This document shows, piece by piece, positions 1 through 7,738 of a stretch of DNA of 24,355 nt. Position 1 is the stretch's first letter, and every line of letters begins with the position of its first letter. The translations under genes and the position numbers were made by a program. Source of the DNA: Candidatus Hermodarchaeota archaeon (lineage in GTDB: Archaea; Asgardarchaeota; Lokiarchaeia; Sigyniarchaeales; SOKP01); the NCBI GenBank assembly GCA_048885525.1, contig JBHLLP010000043.1, positions 4,760 through 29,114 of the forward strand, written 5' to 3'. Under the pieces are notes generated by a model. That model did no database searches, was not told the DNA's origin, and saw only the letters and a program-made list of their open reading frames with translations.

Positions 1-150
1 ACATTTATCCCAGGTTTAAGTAATTGGGAAGCTTTAGCTATAGGAGATTTTAGAATTGGTCATTTCCTTAGTGTTTTAATAACTTTTATAATCGTAGCTA
101 TTGTGATTTTCTTTATAGTGAAACTAACTAAACGAATAGGAATAGACTAA
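1..150 (+). CDS. mscL: Large-conductance mechanosensitive channel MscL-family protein, C-terminal part (5' end outside the window)
   Basis: Not in the ORF track. Frame 1 is open from base 1 to TAA at 148-150: TFIPGLSNWEALAIGDFRIGHFLSVLITFIIVAIVIFFIVKLTKRIGID. This matches the MscL TM2 pattern G-x-F-[LI]-x-x-[LI]-I-x-F-[LI]-I-[VI]-A-x-x-I-F-x-x-V-K, with a short tail. Confidence 0.75.
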   Translation, partial: TFIPGLSNWEALAIGDFRIGHFLSVLITFIIVAIVIFFIVKLTKRIGID

Positions 151-169
151 AATATAATTATAACCAAAA

Positions 170-177
170 TTTTTTTT
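170..177 (+). terminator. Putative archaeal U-tract terminator after mscL
   Basis: T8 run about 20 nt after the stop codon, in a convergent intergenic region. Confidence 0.35.
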
Positions 178-273
178 ATCTTTTACCTAATTGAAATAAA
201 TACCAAATAAACTATTGAGAATCTAAATAATAAATTAATTAATACTACTAATTATAACAGGTAAATCATTCAT

Positions 274-1923
274 CTAATTTGTGGTTAGATCCTTGAATTT
301 TTTTATAACCCATTTTTTATCTAACACTGCTATAAATGGGGCAAATCGAGGTCCTTTTGTATTTCCTAAAAAAATTTGGTAAAGAACCTGGAAGAATTCA
401 TTCATTTCTTTACGTGATAAACCAGCTTCTCCACTCAAATCTATCATTTTTTGTCTTATTTCTTCTTCAGTCCATTTTACTTCTTCCAAACTGTTTCCAA
501 GATCAGCTACAATATTATAGATTCTTTCACTATACATATTCATTATTTCTGATGAGGTCTCATCTTTTAACTTAATTCTCAAATGGTTTGGAGCATATTT
601 TGAATTTATCCAATTCCGTGCCAAAGTCAAACGTTCTTGAATATGATCAATAATCTCTTTTGTTAATTTCTCTTTCAAAATTTCTGTTGCTTGCAATCTC
701 TGAATAGCTTGTTGAGTTCCTGCTTGATCAGGGGTTACTAATTGAGAAAGAATAATTGCATGATGATAATCCATTTGGAAACCTCTATATTCAGGGACGT
801 TGTTATAGTGAGTAATTTCATAACTTCGTTGAATTACATGAAGTTCTACAGGATCTTCAAAGGAGTCTATTCCATAATATATCCGCTGAGCCTTGTCATA
901 GTCATCAATATAGTTTGGAATCTTATCTAACCCCAGGATTATTCGTCTTTTAGGAGGAGTTTTAAGATAAAGATACCTTAAGATTTCAGGTTCAGCATAT
1001 TCTAACCACTTGGTTGGCCTGAATCCAATGAAACCTGAACCTGACATATCTCCAAAATCTTTACGACCTTCGGAGTATCCAACCCATTCATTCCAGAATC
1101 CATATGGACTTCTATGATTTAAGACAGACTCTATAATCTCAATGCAACTATCTCGAGAGCCTCCGGGAGTAGCATGATCCTTCCCATAGGGTTCAAAGTG
1201 CACATTTAGAACATACCAAATTGCCAACCATTCAAGTCGCCAAGTTAGTTTCCCCTTCCTAATATCTGACCATCCTTCACTCTTACATTCATCACAGATA
1301 TAGTAGACTTTATATGTATCTAGATTAACTTCTAAAGCTCTTGTGGTTGCAATTCGATTACATTGTTCACAGAGAGGATCAATGGGAATCCATTCTTCGG
1401 GAAAAGGATTTTTTTTACGATATTTATTTAATATTTCTCGAACTGCATTTCTTTTACTAATCAACTCAACTACTACATTTATCATCCTTTCTTGCAAGTA
1501 TAATTCATGAGTTTGGACGATCTGAATATCATGTCCAAATTTCGGCATCCATACTGCAAGATTATTTAAATGATAATCCACCCAAGTTTCATTTTCATTA
1601 TGAGGAGATGGAATATCAATATATCGCCAGTTAATATATTGTTTTGCTTTCTTTGGATCTGAAAATAGATTCAATTGACCAGGTTTTCCTTTAAATCTAT
1701 CTGAAGTATAAAGAATTAAGGAATGTTTAGCATTATATCCCCTATTCTTGAGTTCGTTTACAATAGCATTTGTGAGAACAATTTCTCCCCTTAAATTGCC
1801 GACATGTATTTGACCAGACACAGAAATTCCACAATTGCAATTGAACTCTTCTAAACCTTGCCAATTTTTGATTAGGTCGTTGGTTAATCCATCAATCCAA
1901 TGGTATGGTTGTTTTTTTGAGAC
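274..1923 (-). CDS. lysS: Class I lysyl-tRNA synthetase (LysRS1), about 549 aa; start codon uncertain and apparently non-canonical
   Basis: HIGH-like SGQIHVGN, W-x-x-EW...EPYGKDHA-x-x-GGS, KMSKS-like DMSGS, Zn knuckles CEQC/CDEC and C-terminal GPRF. The track's GTG at 1821 lies inside the catalytic motif. The frame stays open upstream to 1923 (VSKKQPYHWIDGLT...CGISVSG) and includes the conserved N-terminal HW-x-D of LysRS1. Confidence 0.95.
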   Translation of the reverse strand, partial: VSKKQPYHWIDGLTNDLIKNWQGLEEFNCNCGISVSGQIHVGNLRGEIVLTNAIVNELKNRGYNAKHSLILYTSDRFKGKPGQLNLFSDPKKAKQYINWRYIDIPSPHNENETWVDYHLNNLAVWMPKFGHDIQIVQTHELYLQERMINVVVELISKRNAVREILNKYRKKNPFPEEWIPIDPLCEQCNRIATTRALEVNLDTYKVYYICDECKSEGWSDIRKGKLTWRLEWLAIWYVLNVHFEPYGKDHATPGGSRDSCIEIIESVLNHRSPYGFWNEWVGYSEGRKDFGDMSGSGFIGFRPTKWLEYAEPEILRYLYLKTPPKRRIILGLDKIPNYIDDYDKAQRIYYGIDSFEDPVELHVIQRSYEITHYNNVPEYRGFQMDYHHAIILSQLVTPDQAGTQQAIQRLQATEILKEKLTKEIIDHIQERLTLARNWINSKYAPNHLRIKLKDETSSEIMNMYSERIYNIVADLGNSLEEVKWTEEEIRQKMIDLSGEAGLSRKEMNEFFQVLYQIFLGNTKGPRFAPFIAVLDKKWVIKKFKDLTTN

Positions 1924-1926
1924 TTA

Positions 1927-1937
1927 GATCATCCTCT
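1927..1937 (-). promoter_or_regulatory. Putative ribosome-binding site for lysS (AGAGGATGATC)
   Basis: Resembles the archaeal SD consensus GGAGGTGATC. The core ...GGATGA lies 5 nt before the GTC codon at 1923. Confidence 0.5.
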
Positions 1938-1974
1938 ACATTTAATCTCTAACAATATAATAAAAATATAAATG

Positions 1975-1984
1975 AAAAAAAAAA
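1975..1984 (-). terminator. Putative U-tract terminator of the thiolase operon
   Basis: A10 on + (T10 on -), about 22 nt after the thiolase stop codon. Confidence 0.45.
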
Positions 1985-2005
1985 TAAAAAGTCTTTATAA
2001 TTCAG

Positions 2006-3193
2006 TTAATCTCGCTGACTTAAAATTGTTGTAGAGCATACACTAAATGCTCCACCGAGATTATGGCATAATCCTATTTTAGCATCAGGAACTTGTCTCC
2101 CTTCAGCACGTCCTTGAAGTTGCTTTGTAATCTCTGTTAACATCCGACAACCTGTAGATCCAATTGGATGACCAAATGATTTTAATCCACCTGATGGATT
2201 TACTGCGGTTTCACCATTCCAATTGAATGTTCCATTTTTTAATTCCTCAGCAGCTTGGCCTCGATCACAGAATTGTAAATCTTGACAATTTATCAACTCT
2301 GTAATGGTAAAACAATCATGAACTTCAGCAGCATCAATTTCTTTTCGAGGATTTGTAATACCTGCTTCTTTATAAGCATATTCAGCAGCTTTAACAGTTG
2401 CTGGAAAGCTAGTGAAGTCTGCTCCAGGACCATTAGGAGGTATATACCATGGAAAATTAGTTCTACAAGAGATTGCATTTGCTTTAACTAAAATATAGTC
2501 ATCTGCATGAGCATAACTTTCAGCTAACTCTGGTCTAGTTAAAATTAAAGCAGCAGCGCCATCACTCATCGCACAACAGTCAAAACGTCCAAGTGGATCT
2601 GCAATCATGGGAGCTTTCATTGCTTGCTCAATACTAATTTTACTTCTAAAGTGAGCTTTTGGATGGTCAGAACCATTATCATGATTTTTTACAGCTACTC
2701 GAGCAAGATCTTCTTTTGTCCATCCGTATTCATGAAAACATCTTGTTGCTGCCATAGAAAACATTGCTGGGGCAGATGGTGTCGGATATAAAGGATGACC
2801 AAAAATTGTGAACCCAGGAAGTCCACTACCTCCTTCATCCATTAATTTTTCTACACCACATGCAAGTACGATATCATAAGCCCCTGAAGCTACAGCAAAT
2901 GACGCATTTCTAAACGCATCCATTCCACTTGCACAAAAATTTTCAACCCTAGTTGCGGGTTTTCCATCTAATCGCAAAATATCTTCTGTTACCGCTCCAG
3001 AAAGTCCTGTAAAATAATAAAACATTCCAACCCAAGTGGCATCAATATCATCTTTTACGATTCCTGCATCTTTAATGGCGCTTTGAACTGCTTCGAATAG
3101 TAAATCATATTGATTTTTATTCCAAAGCTCGCCATACTTAGTCATATCGGCTCCTATAATAGCAACTTTATCTTTTATACCTTTTCTTCCCAT
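2006..3193 (-). CDS. SCP2/SCP-x-type thiolase (acetyl-CoA acyltransferase family)
   Basis: Nucleophile loop VENFCASG, the SCP2-type fingerprint EVHDCF, NPSGGLKSFGHPIGSTG and HNLGG. A GGAGGT RBS precedes the ATG. Confidence 0.92.
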   Translation of the reverse strand: MGRKGIKDKVAIIGADMTKYGELWNKNQYDLLFEAVQSAIKDAGIVKDDIDATWVGMFYYFTGLSGAVTEDILRLDGKPATRVENFCASGMDAFRNASFAVASGAYDIVLACGVEKLMDEGGSGLPGFTIFGHPLYPTPSAPAMFSMAATRCFHEYGWTKEDLARVAVKNHDNGSDHPKAHFRSKISIEQAMKAPMIADPLGRFDCCAMSDGAAALILTRPELAESYAHADDYILVKANAISCRTNFPWYIPPNGPGADFTSFPATVKAAEYAYKEAGITNPRKEIDAAEVHDCFTITELINCQDLQFCDRGQAAEELKNGTFNWNGETAVNPSGGLKSFGHPIGSTGCRMLTEITKQLQGRAEGRQVPDAKIGLCHNLGGAFSVCSTTILSQRD

Positions 3194-3209
3194 TTTTTAT
3201 CTACCTCCT

Positions 3210-4649
3210 TTATGGTCTTCCCCTCTCGGGTCGACATTTCCAATAATAATTTTTAAATTCAGCTCCTTCATGTTCTTTTCTGAAGGTTAATTCTACTCTC
3301 ATTCCTATTTGAACATTTTCTTCAGGCTTTTCAATTTCTGTCATATTTAATAGAACTCTTCCACCACCATCTAAATCAATTACACATCTAGGTACAGGTA
3401 TATCTAAATAAGTTCCACCTACTAAATGATCTAATGTAAATGTAAAGATTGTTCCCTTTAAAGAAAGTTTTACTCGCTCAAGCTGATCATCTGCTCTGCA
3501 AACATAACATGAACGTAGCATATCAGGATATTGAATTGTTCCACAATTCTTACACTTAACACCATACCACTTATATATAGATGCCGTATCACGCCAGATT
3601 GTTACAGCAGAGCTCTTTCTCTTATATCGATCTTTTTCAAGAACTTCCTTAAAATCAAGAAATTTATTGTAGTTTTCTAAAGATTTCATAGATTTTTGGT
3701 GTCCAATAAAACCCATTCGATTTTTCCCAATATCTCTTAGAGCATCTCTATTCTGAACTTGCATCAATATCGCATCTGCTCCATCTCCGAATCCTGCCAT
3801 AATCATTTTAGTATCAGGTTTAGGCCTTCTTAAGGCACCAATTAGTAGTATAAAAGGCATTGGAGTCCCCAAATCGCCAAGTTGGAAAAATACACTGTTT
3901 TGAGCAACTCCTCCAACGAACTTCATTATTTTTGAAACTCTACCGTGCAATCGAGGATTATTATAATAATACGCAGCAGCGCCGATATCTTCTGGTTTCA
4001 AATTATTTCTTTTTAAAATTTCTGACATTACTTTTGTGATACTCTCAAAATAGAATTTTGTGTCCATCTTCACTTCAAAAGTTCTAATGAATTTATCCTT
4101 GTCTGCCCTTTTCCAAGGTCCAGTAACATTAGCAGAAACTGAATAATAATCATCTATTGATAATGGTAAATTATCTTCTTCAGCTATGAGTAAAGCAGCT
4201 GCTCCATCGGCAAAACCATATTCCCACATTGTTGATGGTTCTGGAGCTCTAGTATCTGCTGCCACTACAAGAATACTCTTAATATCTTTATTCGCTTTTA
4301 TAGTATCAACTGCTCTCGTTACTGCTGTAGTACCAGCTTTTAAAGAATCTGTAAAATCTGCAGTAATTATATCTTCTCTCATGTCTAATACAGTAGCAAT
4401 TAAGGAAGCAGAATCTTTTTCTGTATATACTTGAGTTGTCGATGCAAAAAATAATCCATCCACTGTTTTAGGATCAAAACCAATCAAGGCATCCAGACCG
4501 GCTTCTACAGCCATAGTAAGACTATCTTCATCTGCCATAGCAACTGCTTTAGTACCAGGTACAATTGGAAATTCCCAAGCTTTCCCTATTAATTCACGTG
4601 GTAATAGATATCGAGGCAAATAGACTCCATATGATTGTATTCCTATCAA
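3210..4649 (-). CDS. HMG-CoA synthase/KAS III-fold domain lacking catalytic residues, fused to a DUF35 Zn-ribbon/OB-fold domain
   Basis: N-terminal IGIQSYGVYLPRY, DEDSLTMAVEA, DGAAALLI and GFGDGAD are HMGCS-fold motifs. C-terminal CKNC...CYVC, GTIFTFT, IDLDGGGR, IGMRVELTFRK and YYWKCRP are DUF35 motifs. TTG start after GGGGAG. It ends 16 nt before the thiolase start. Confidence 0.88.
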   Translation of the reverse strand: MIGIQSYGVYLPRYLLPRELIGKAWEFPIVPGTKAVAMADEDSLTMAVEAGLDALIGFDPKTVDGLFFASTTQVYTEKDSASLIATVLDMREDIITADFTDSLKAGTTAVTRAVDTIKANKDIKSILVVAADTRAPEPSTMWEYGFADGAAALLIAEEDNLPLSIDDYYSVSANVTGPWKRADKDKFIRTFEVKMDTKFYFESITKVMSEILKRNNLKPEDIGAAAYYYNNPRLHGRVSKIMKFVGGVAQNSVFFQLGDLGTPMPFILLIGALRRPKPDTKMIMAGFGDGADAILMQVQNRDALRDIGKNRMGFIGHQKSMKSLENYNKFLDFKEVLEKDRYKRKSSAVTIWRDTASIYKWYGVKCKNCGTIQYPDMLRSCYVCRADDQLERVKLSLKGTIFTFTLDHLVGGTYLDIPVPRCVIDLDGGGRVLLNMTEIEKPEENVQIGMRVELTFRKEHEGAEFKNYYWKCRPERGRP

Positions 4650-4761
4650 TTTTTATTTTCTCCCCTTTTTTTTTAATACTTATTTTAAAATTATTATATA
4701 TATGTTCTTGAATGCATCACGATAAATATATTTCCTCAAATTTGCATGAAAAAATAAAATG

Positions 4762-4774
4762 AAAAGTATAAATA
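4762..4774 (+). promoter_or_regulatory. Candidate BRE/TATA promoter element (AAAAGTATAAATA) for the tpl transcript
   Basis: Purine-rich BRE-like run followed by TATAAATA in the divergent intergenic region. The AT-rich background makes this weak. Confidence 0.3.
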
Positions 4775-4849
4775 ACCATTAACTTTTTTCCCTTTTTGTA
4801 GTATTGATTTAAACAAAGAGTTCAGATCTTAATAGGAGATATACAAATT

Positions 4850-4966
4850 GTGAAAATTCTGAAATTTGGGAGAATTTCCTCATTAATGGGATGTCTATGG
4901 GTAGAAAACTTCGAAAAGTTTTTCAAATTGCTATTCTTTATTCATTTATATTTAAAAATGTATTAA
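4850..4966 (+). CDS. Possible 38-aa leader peptide upstream of tpl (MKILKFGRISSLMGCLWVENFEKFFKLLFFIHLYLKMY)
   Basis: GTG at 4850 with AGGAGA at 4834-4839. The stop TAA at 4964-4966 overlaps the tpl RBS. Shorter than any ORF in the track and could be chance. Confidence 0.25.
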   Translation: MKILKFGRISSLMGCLWVENFEKFFKLLFFIHLYLKMY

Positions 4967-4979
4967 GGTGAATTCTAAA

Positions 4980-6356
4980 ATGAATGGTCCTCCTGAACCT
5001 TTTAAGATTAAAATGATTGAGCATGTTGGAATGCCAGATCAGAAAAGAAGAACCGAAGCTATAAAAGAAGCAGGTTATAATACATTTCTACTAAAATCTG
5101 AAGATGTATATATCGATCTTTTAACTGACTCTGGAACGTCTGCCATGTCAGATGCTCAGTGGTCAGCAATGATGTTAGGCGATGAGGCTTATGCTGGTGC
5201 CCGGAGTTTTTATAAACTTGAAAATGCAATTTTAGATGTTCTTGGATTTGAATTAGTTGTCCCAGTTCACCAAGGACGTGGCGCAGAACATCTAATGTAT
5301 GGACATCTCACAAAACCAGGTCAACTGGTTCCAAGGAATATGTATTTCACAACCTCAAAAGCTCATGTTGAATTAGCAGGTGGAATTATGGTTGATATTA
5401 TAATTGATGAGGCTCATGATCCTGAGAATGAAAATCCTTTTAAAGGAGATGTTGATTTAAAGAAGCTTCAAAATTTAATTGATGAGCATGGACCAGAAAA
5501 AATAGCATTTGTAAACGTGGAAATGAATGTTAATATGGCCGGTGGTCAGCCTGTATCAATGAAAAATTTAAGAGAATTACGAGAATTTTGTAATGATTAT
5601 AAATTTAAAATTATTTTTGATGCAACACGCTCAAGTGAAAATGCATATTTTATTAGAGAACGAGAATCAGGCTATGAAAATACTCCTATCATTGATATCC
5701 TGAGAGAGATGATGAGTTATTCAGATGGTTGTATATATAGCGCCAAAAAAGATTGCTTAGTTAATATGGGGGGTTTTCTAGCTACACATAACAAAGAAAT
5801 TTTCGATCATACCCGAGGGATGGTTGTTTTATTTGAAGGACTTCACACTTATGGAGGAATGGCAGGTCGAGATATGGAGGCGGTAGCTCGTGGCTTATAT
5901 GAAGGAGCAGAGTATGAATATTTAAAATATCGGATAAATCAAGTAAGGTATTTAGGTGATCTTCTCCAAAAAGCTAATATTCCCATTGTAAAACCGATAG
6001 GAAGTCATGCTGTATTTGTAAATGCATTAAAGTTCCTACCACACCTTCCACGAGAACAATGGCCAGCTCAAACTCTTTCAGCTGCTGTCTATGAGGATTC
6101 TGCTGTTAGGACAATGGAGAGAGGAGCAATATCTAAAGGAAGAGATAAAGAAACCGGTGAAAACATATTCCCTTCTTTAGAACTTGTTAGATTTACAATA
6201 CCACGTCGTGTATACACTAATACGCATATGGAGTATGTAGCAGAGTCATTAACTAGACTCTATAAGAAAAGGGATACAATACCTGGACTAAAAATGGTTT
6301 TTGAACCTAAACATTTGCGATTTTTTCAAGCTAGATTTGAACAATTACCACTTTAA
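4980..6356 (+). CDS. tpl: Tyrosine phenol-lyase (PLP-dependent beta-eliminating lyase)
   Basis: IDLLTDSGT, GDEAYAG, HQGRGAE and the PLP lysine in SAKKD. Residues that separate TPL from tryptophanase are all TPL-type: GYNTFLL, NMYFTT, DATR, MERG and LRFF. Start placed at ATG 4980 (MNGPPEPFKIK, like TPL MNYPAEPFRIK) behind AAGGTGA; the track uses GTG 4968. Confidence 0.93.
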   Translation: MNGPPEPFKIKMIEHVGMPDQKRRTEAIKEAGYNTFLLKSEDVYIDLLTDSGTSAMSDAQWSAMMLGDEAYAGARSFYKLENAILDVLGFELVVPVHQGRGAEHLMYGHLTKPGQLVPRNMYFTTSKAHVELAGGIMVDIIIDEAHDPENENPFKGDVDLKKLQNLIDEHGPEKIAFVNVEMNVNMAGGQPVSMKNLRELREFCNDYKFKIIFDATRSSENAYFIRERESGYENTPIIDILREMMSYSDGCIYSAKKDCLVNMGGFLATHNKEIFDHTRGMVVLFEGLHTYGGMAGRDMEAVARGLYEGAEYEYLKYRINQVRYLGDLLQKANIPIVKPIGSHAVFVNALKFLPHLPREQWPAQTLSAAVYEDSAVRTMERGAISKGRDKETGENIFPSLELVRFTIPRRVYTNTHMEYVAESLTRLYKKRDTIPGLKMVFEPKHLRFFQARFEQLPL

Positions 6357-6375
6357 AACTGCTACTCTAAAAAAT

Positions 6376-6422
6376 AAAATCTTTTTTCAACTATAAGTAT
6401 TATTGGTTGAAGACCAGATTTT
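6376..6422 (+). terminator. Imperfect hairpin immediately 3' of tpl (terminator or 3' RNA structure)
   Basis: AAAATCT (6376-82) pairs with AGATTTT (6416-22), TTCAAC (6386-91) with GTTGAA (6406-11), and ATAA with TTAT inside. Confidence 0.35.
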
Positions 6423-6531
6423 CAAATATATCAAATCTTTTATTTTCAAGTTTTATAAGAGCTTCAAAAAACTTAAAACACAATCTATTTTTTTATTTTA
6501 TGTAACAACATTTTAAGAATGTGAAAAACAA

Positions 6532-7476
6532 TTGGAATATTTAACTGAAGAAGAGCCCATATCACATAAAATCTTATTTACAGGTCTAGATACGGCAGGA
6601 AAATCAAGTATAATTCAAGTATTGAAACGCGAGTTTTCAAAAATCGCAAAAATTCAACCAACAAAAGGAGCTCATAGAAGAGTTTTTACATTATTAGATA
6701 GAGAAGTTAGTGAATGGGATTTAGGTGGTCAAAAAACTTATCGTATCTCATATTTAAAAAATCCAGGTAAATTTTTTGACGATACAGAAATTGCAATGTA
6801 TGTTATAGATATACGAAATGACGAGCGAATGAATGAAGCATTAAGTTATCTCAAAGATGTTATTAATCAGTTCATAAAGTTGAAAATTAATCCACCAATA
6901 AACATTTTCTTTCATAAATGCGATCCTAGTTTGATACGAAGTAGTCAGGACAAGCTAAATAATTATATCACCGAGTTAACAGATGGAATTAAAAACTTTA
7001 TTAGCTATGAACCTATTCATTTCTTCCAGACATCTATTTATGATACATATTCTCTTATGAATGCGATGTCCCAAATTTTATTAGAATTATACCCAAAGTC
7101 TCAATTATTACAAAAAACAATTGAAGAATTCGCTAAAAAATTAAATTGTGAAGGATTAATGATTATTGATGATAATACACTAGTTATTGGTGCCTATTAT
7201 GAAAATAATGATGCTAAGCTTTTATTAAATAAATCGATTGGTTATTTTCTCACTTTAAACGATAATTTTTTAGAAATGGGATTAGGAGACCAAGAAGATC
7301 AATTCTTGATACATAAACTAGGGAAATATTTTTTATTCAAACAGTTTTATATAAAAATTAGTGTTCAACCCTATTACGCATTAATTCTAAAATCCCACAA
7401 TCCATTTGACTTATATTTCCTTAGAAAAGAATATACTACTTTCATTAATATTTTGAATGAAATCATTAGTAAATAA
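6532..7476 (+). CDS. Rag/Gtr-like (Arf-related) small GTPase with a C-terminal roadblock/longin-like domain
   Basis: G1 GLDTAGKSS, G2 PTKG, G3 WDLGGQ, G4 HKCD and G5 TSIYD. HKxD and TSI[YW]D are Rag-type. The C-terminal ~125 aa starting PKSQLLQKTIEEFAKKLNCEGLMIID follows the Rag roadblock-domain pattern. Confidence 0.88.
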   Translation: MEYLTEEEPISHKILFTGLDTAGKSSIIQVLKREFSKIAKIQPTKGAHRRVFTLLDREVSEWDLGGQKTYRISYLKNPGKFFDDTEIAMYVIDIRNDERMNEALSYLKDVINQFIKLKINPPINIFFHKCDPSLIRSSQDKLNNYITELTDGIKNFISYEPIHFFQTSIYDTYSLMNAMSQILLELYPKSQLLQKTIEEFAKKLNCEGLMIIDDNTLVIGAYYENNDAKLLLNKSIGYFLTLNDNFLEMGLGDQEDQFLIHKLGKYFLFKQFYIKISVQPYYALILKSHNPFDLYFLRKEYTTFINILNEIISK

Positions 7477-7515
7477 AATACTTAATAATGAGTAATAGAT
7501 TAGACTTGTAAAAAT

Positions 7516-7725
7516 TTGTTTTATCTGTTAAGAGAAATGAAAAAATGTGTTCTTTTCACTAAAGATGCTATTGGTGGTCCAGAGAAGATGATGAAAGATA
7601 TCGCTCCTGTTAAAAATCAACAATATACTATTCTCTTTAAAAAACCTAGAGAAAATAAAATAATTGAATTTATAATTAAGCAAGAATGGTCTGAATTAGC
7701 AGTAAAAGAATTTTTCTATCAATAA
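7516..7725 (+). CDS. Small hypothetical protein or degraded gene fragment
   Basis: 69-codon ORF filling the gap between the GTPase and the GNAT, with no recognisable motif. An ATG at 7488 in another frame hits TAA after 7 codons, so a disrupted longer gene is possible. Confidence 0.4.
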   Translation: MFYLLREMKKCVLFTKDAIGGPEKMMKDIAPVKNQQYTILFKKPRENKIIEFIIKQEWSELAVKEFFYQ

Positions 7726-7738
7726 CTTTATTGAATCC

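Noticed and set aside
336-930. ORFs 336..575 and 742..930 on +
   Set aside because: Antisense shadows of lysS with no motifs.
2282-4434. ORFs 2282..2491, 2293..2478 and 4186..4434
   Set aside because: Fully inside the thiolase or pseudo-HMGCS genes, antisense or off-frame, with no independent support.
3210-4649. Annotation as a functional HMG-CoA synthase of the mevalonate pathway
   Set aside because: The catalytic Cys, Glu and His motifs are all replaced.
4980-6356. Annotation as tryptophanase (tnaA)
   Set aside because: The specificity residues are TPL-type (YFTT, MERG, LRFF), not tryptophanase-type (FDTT, VEIG, LRHF).
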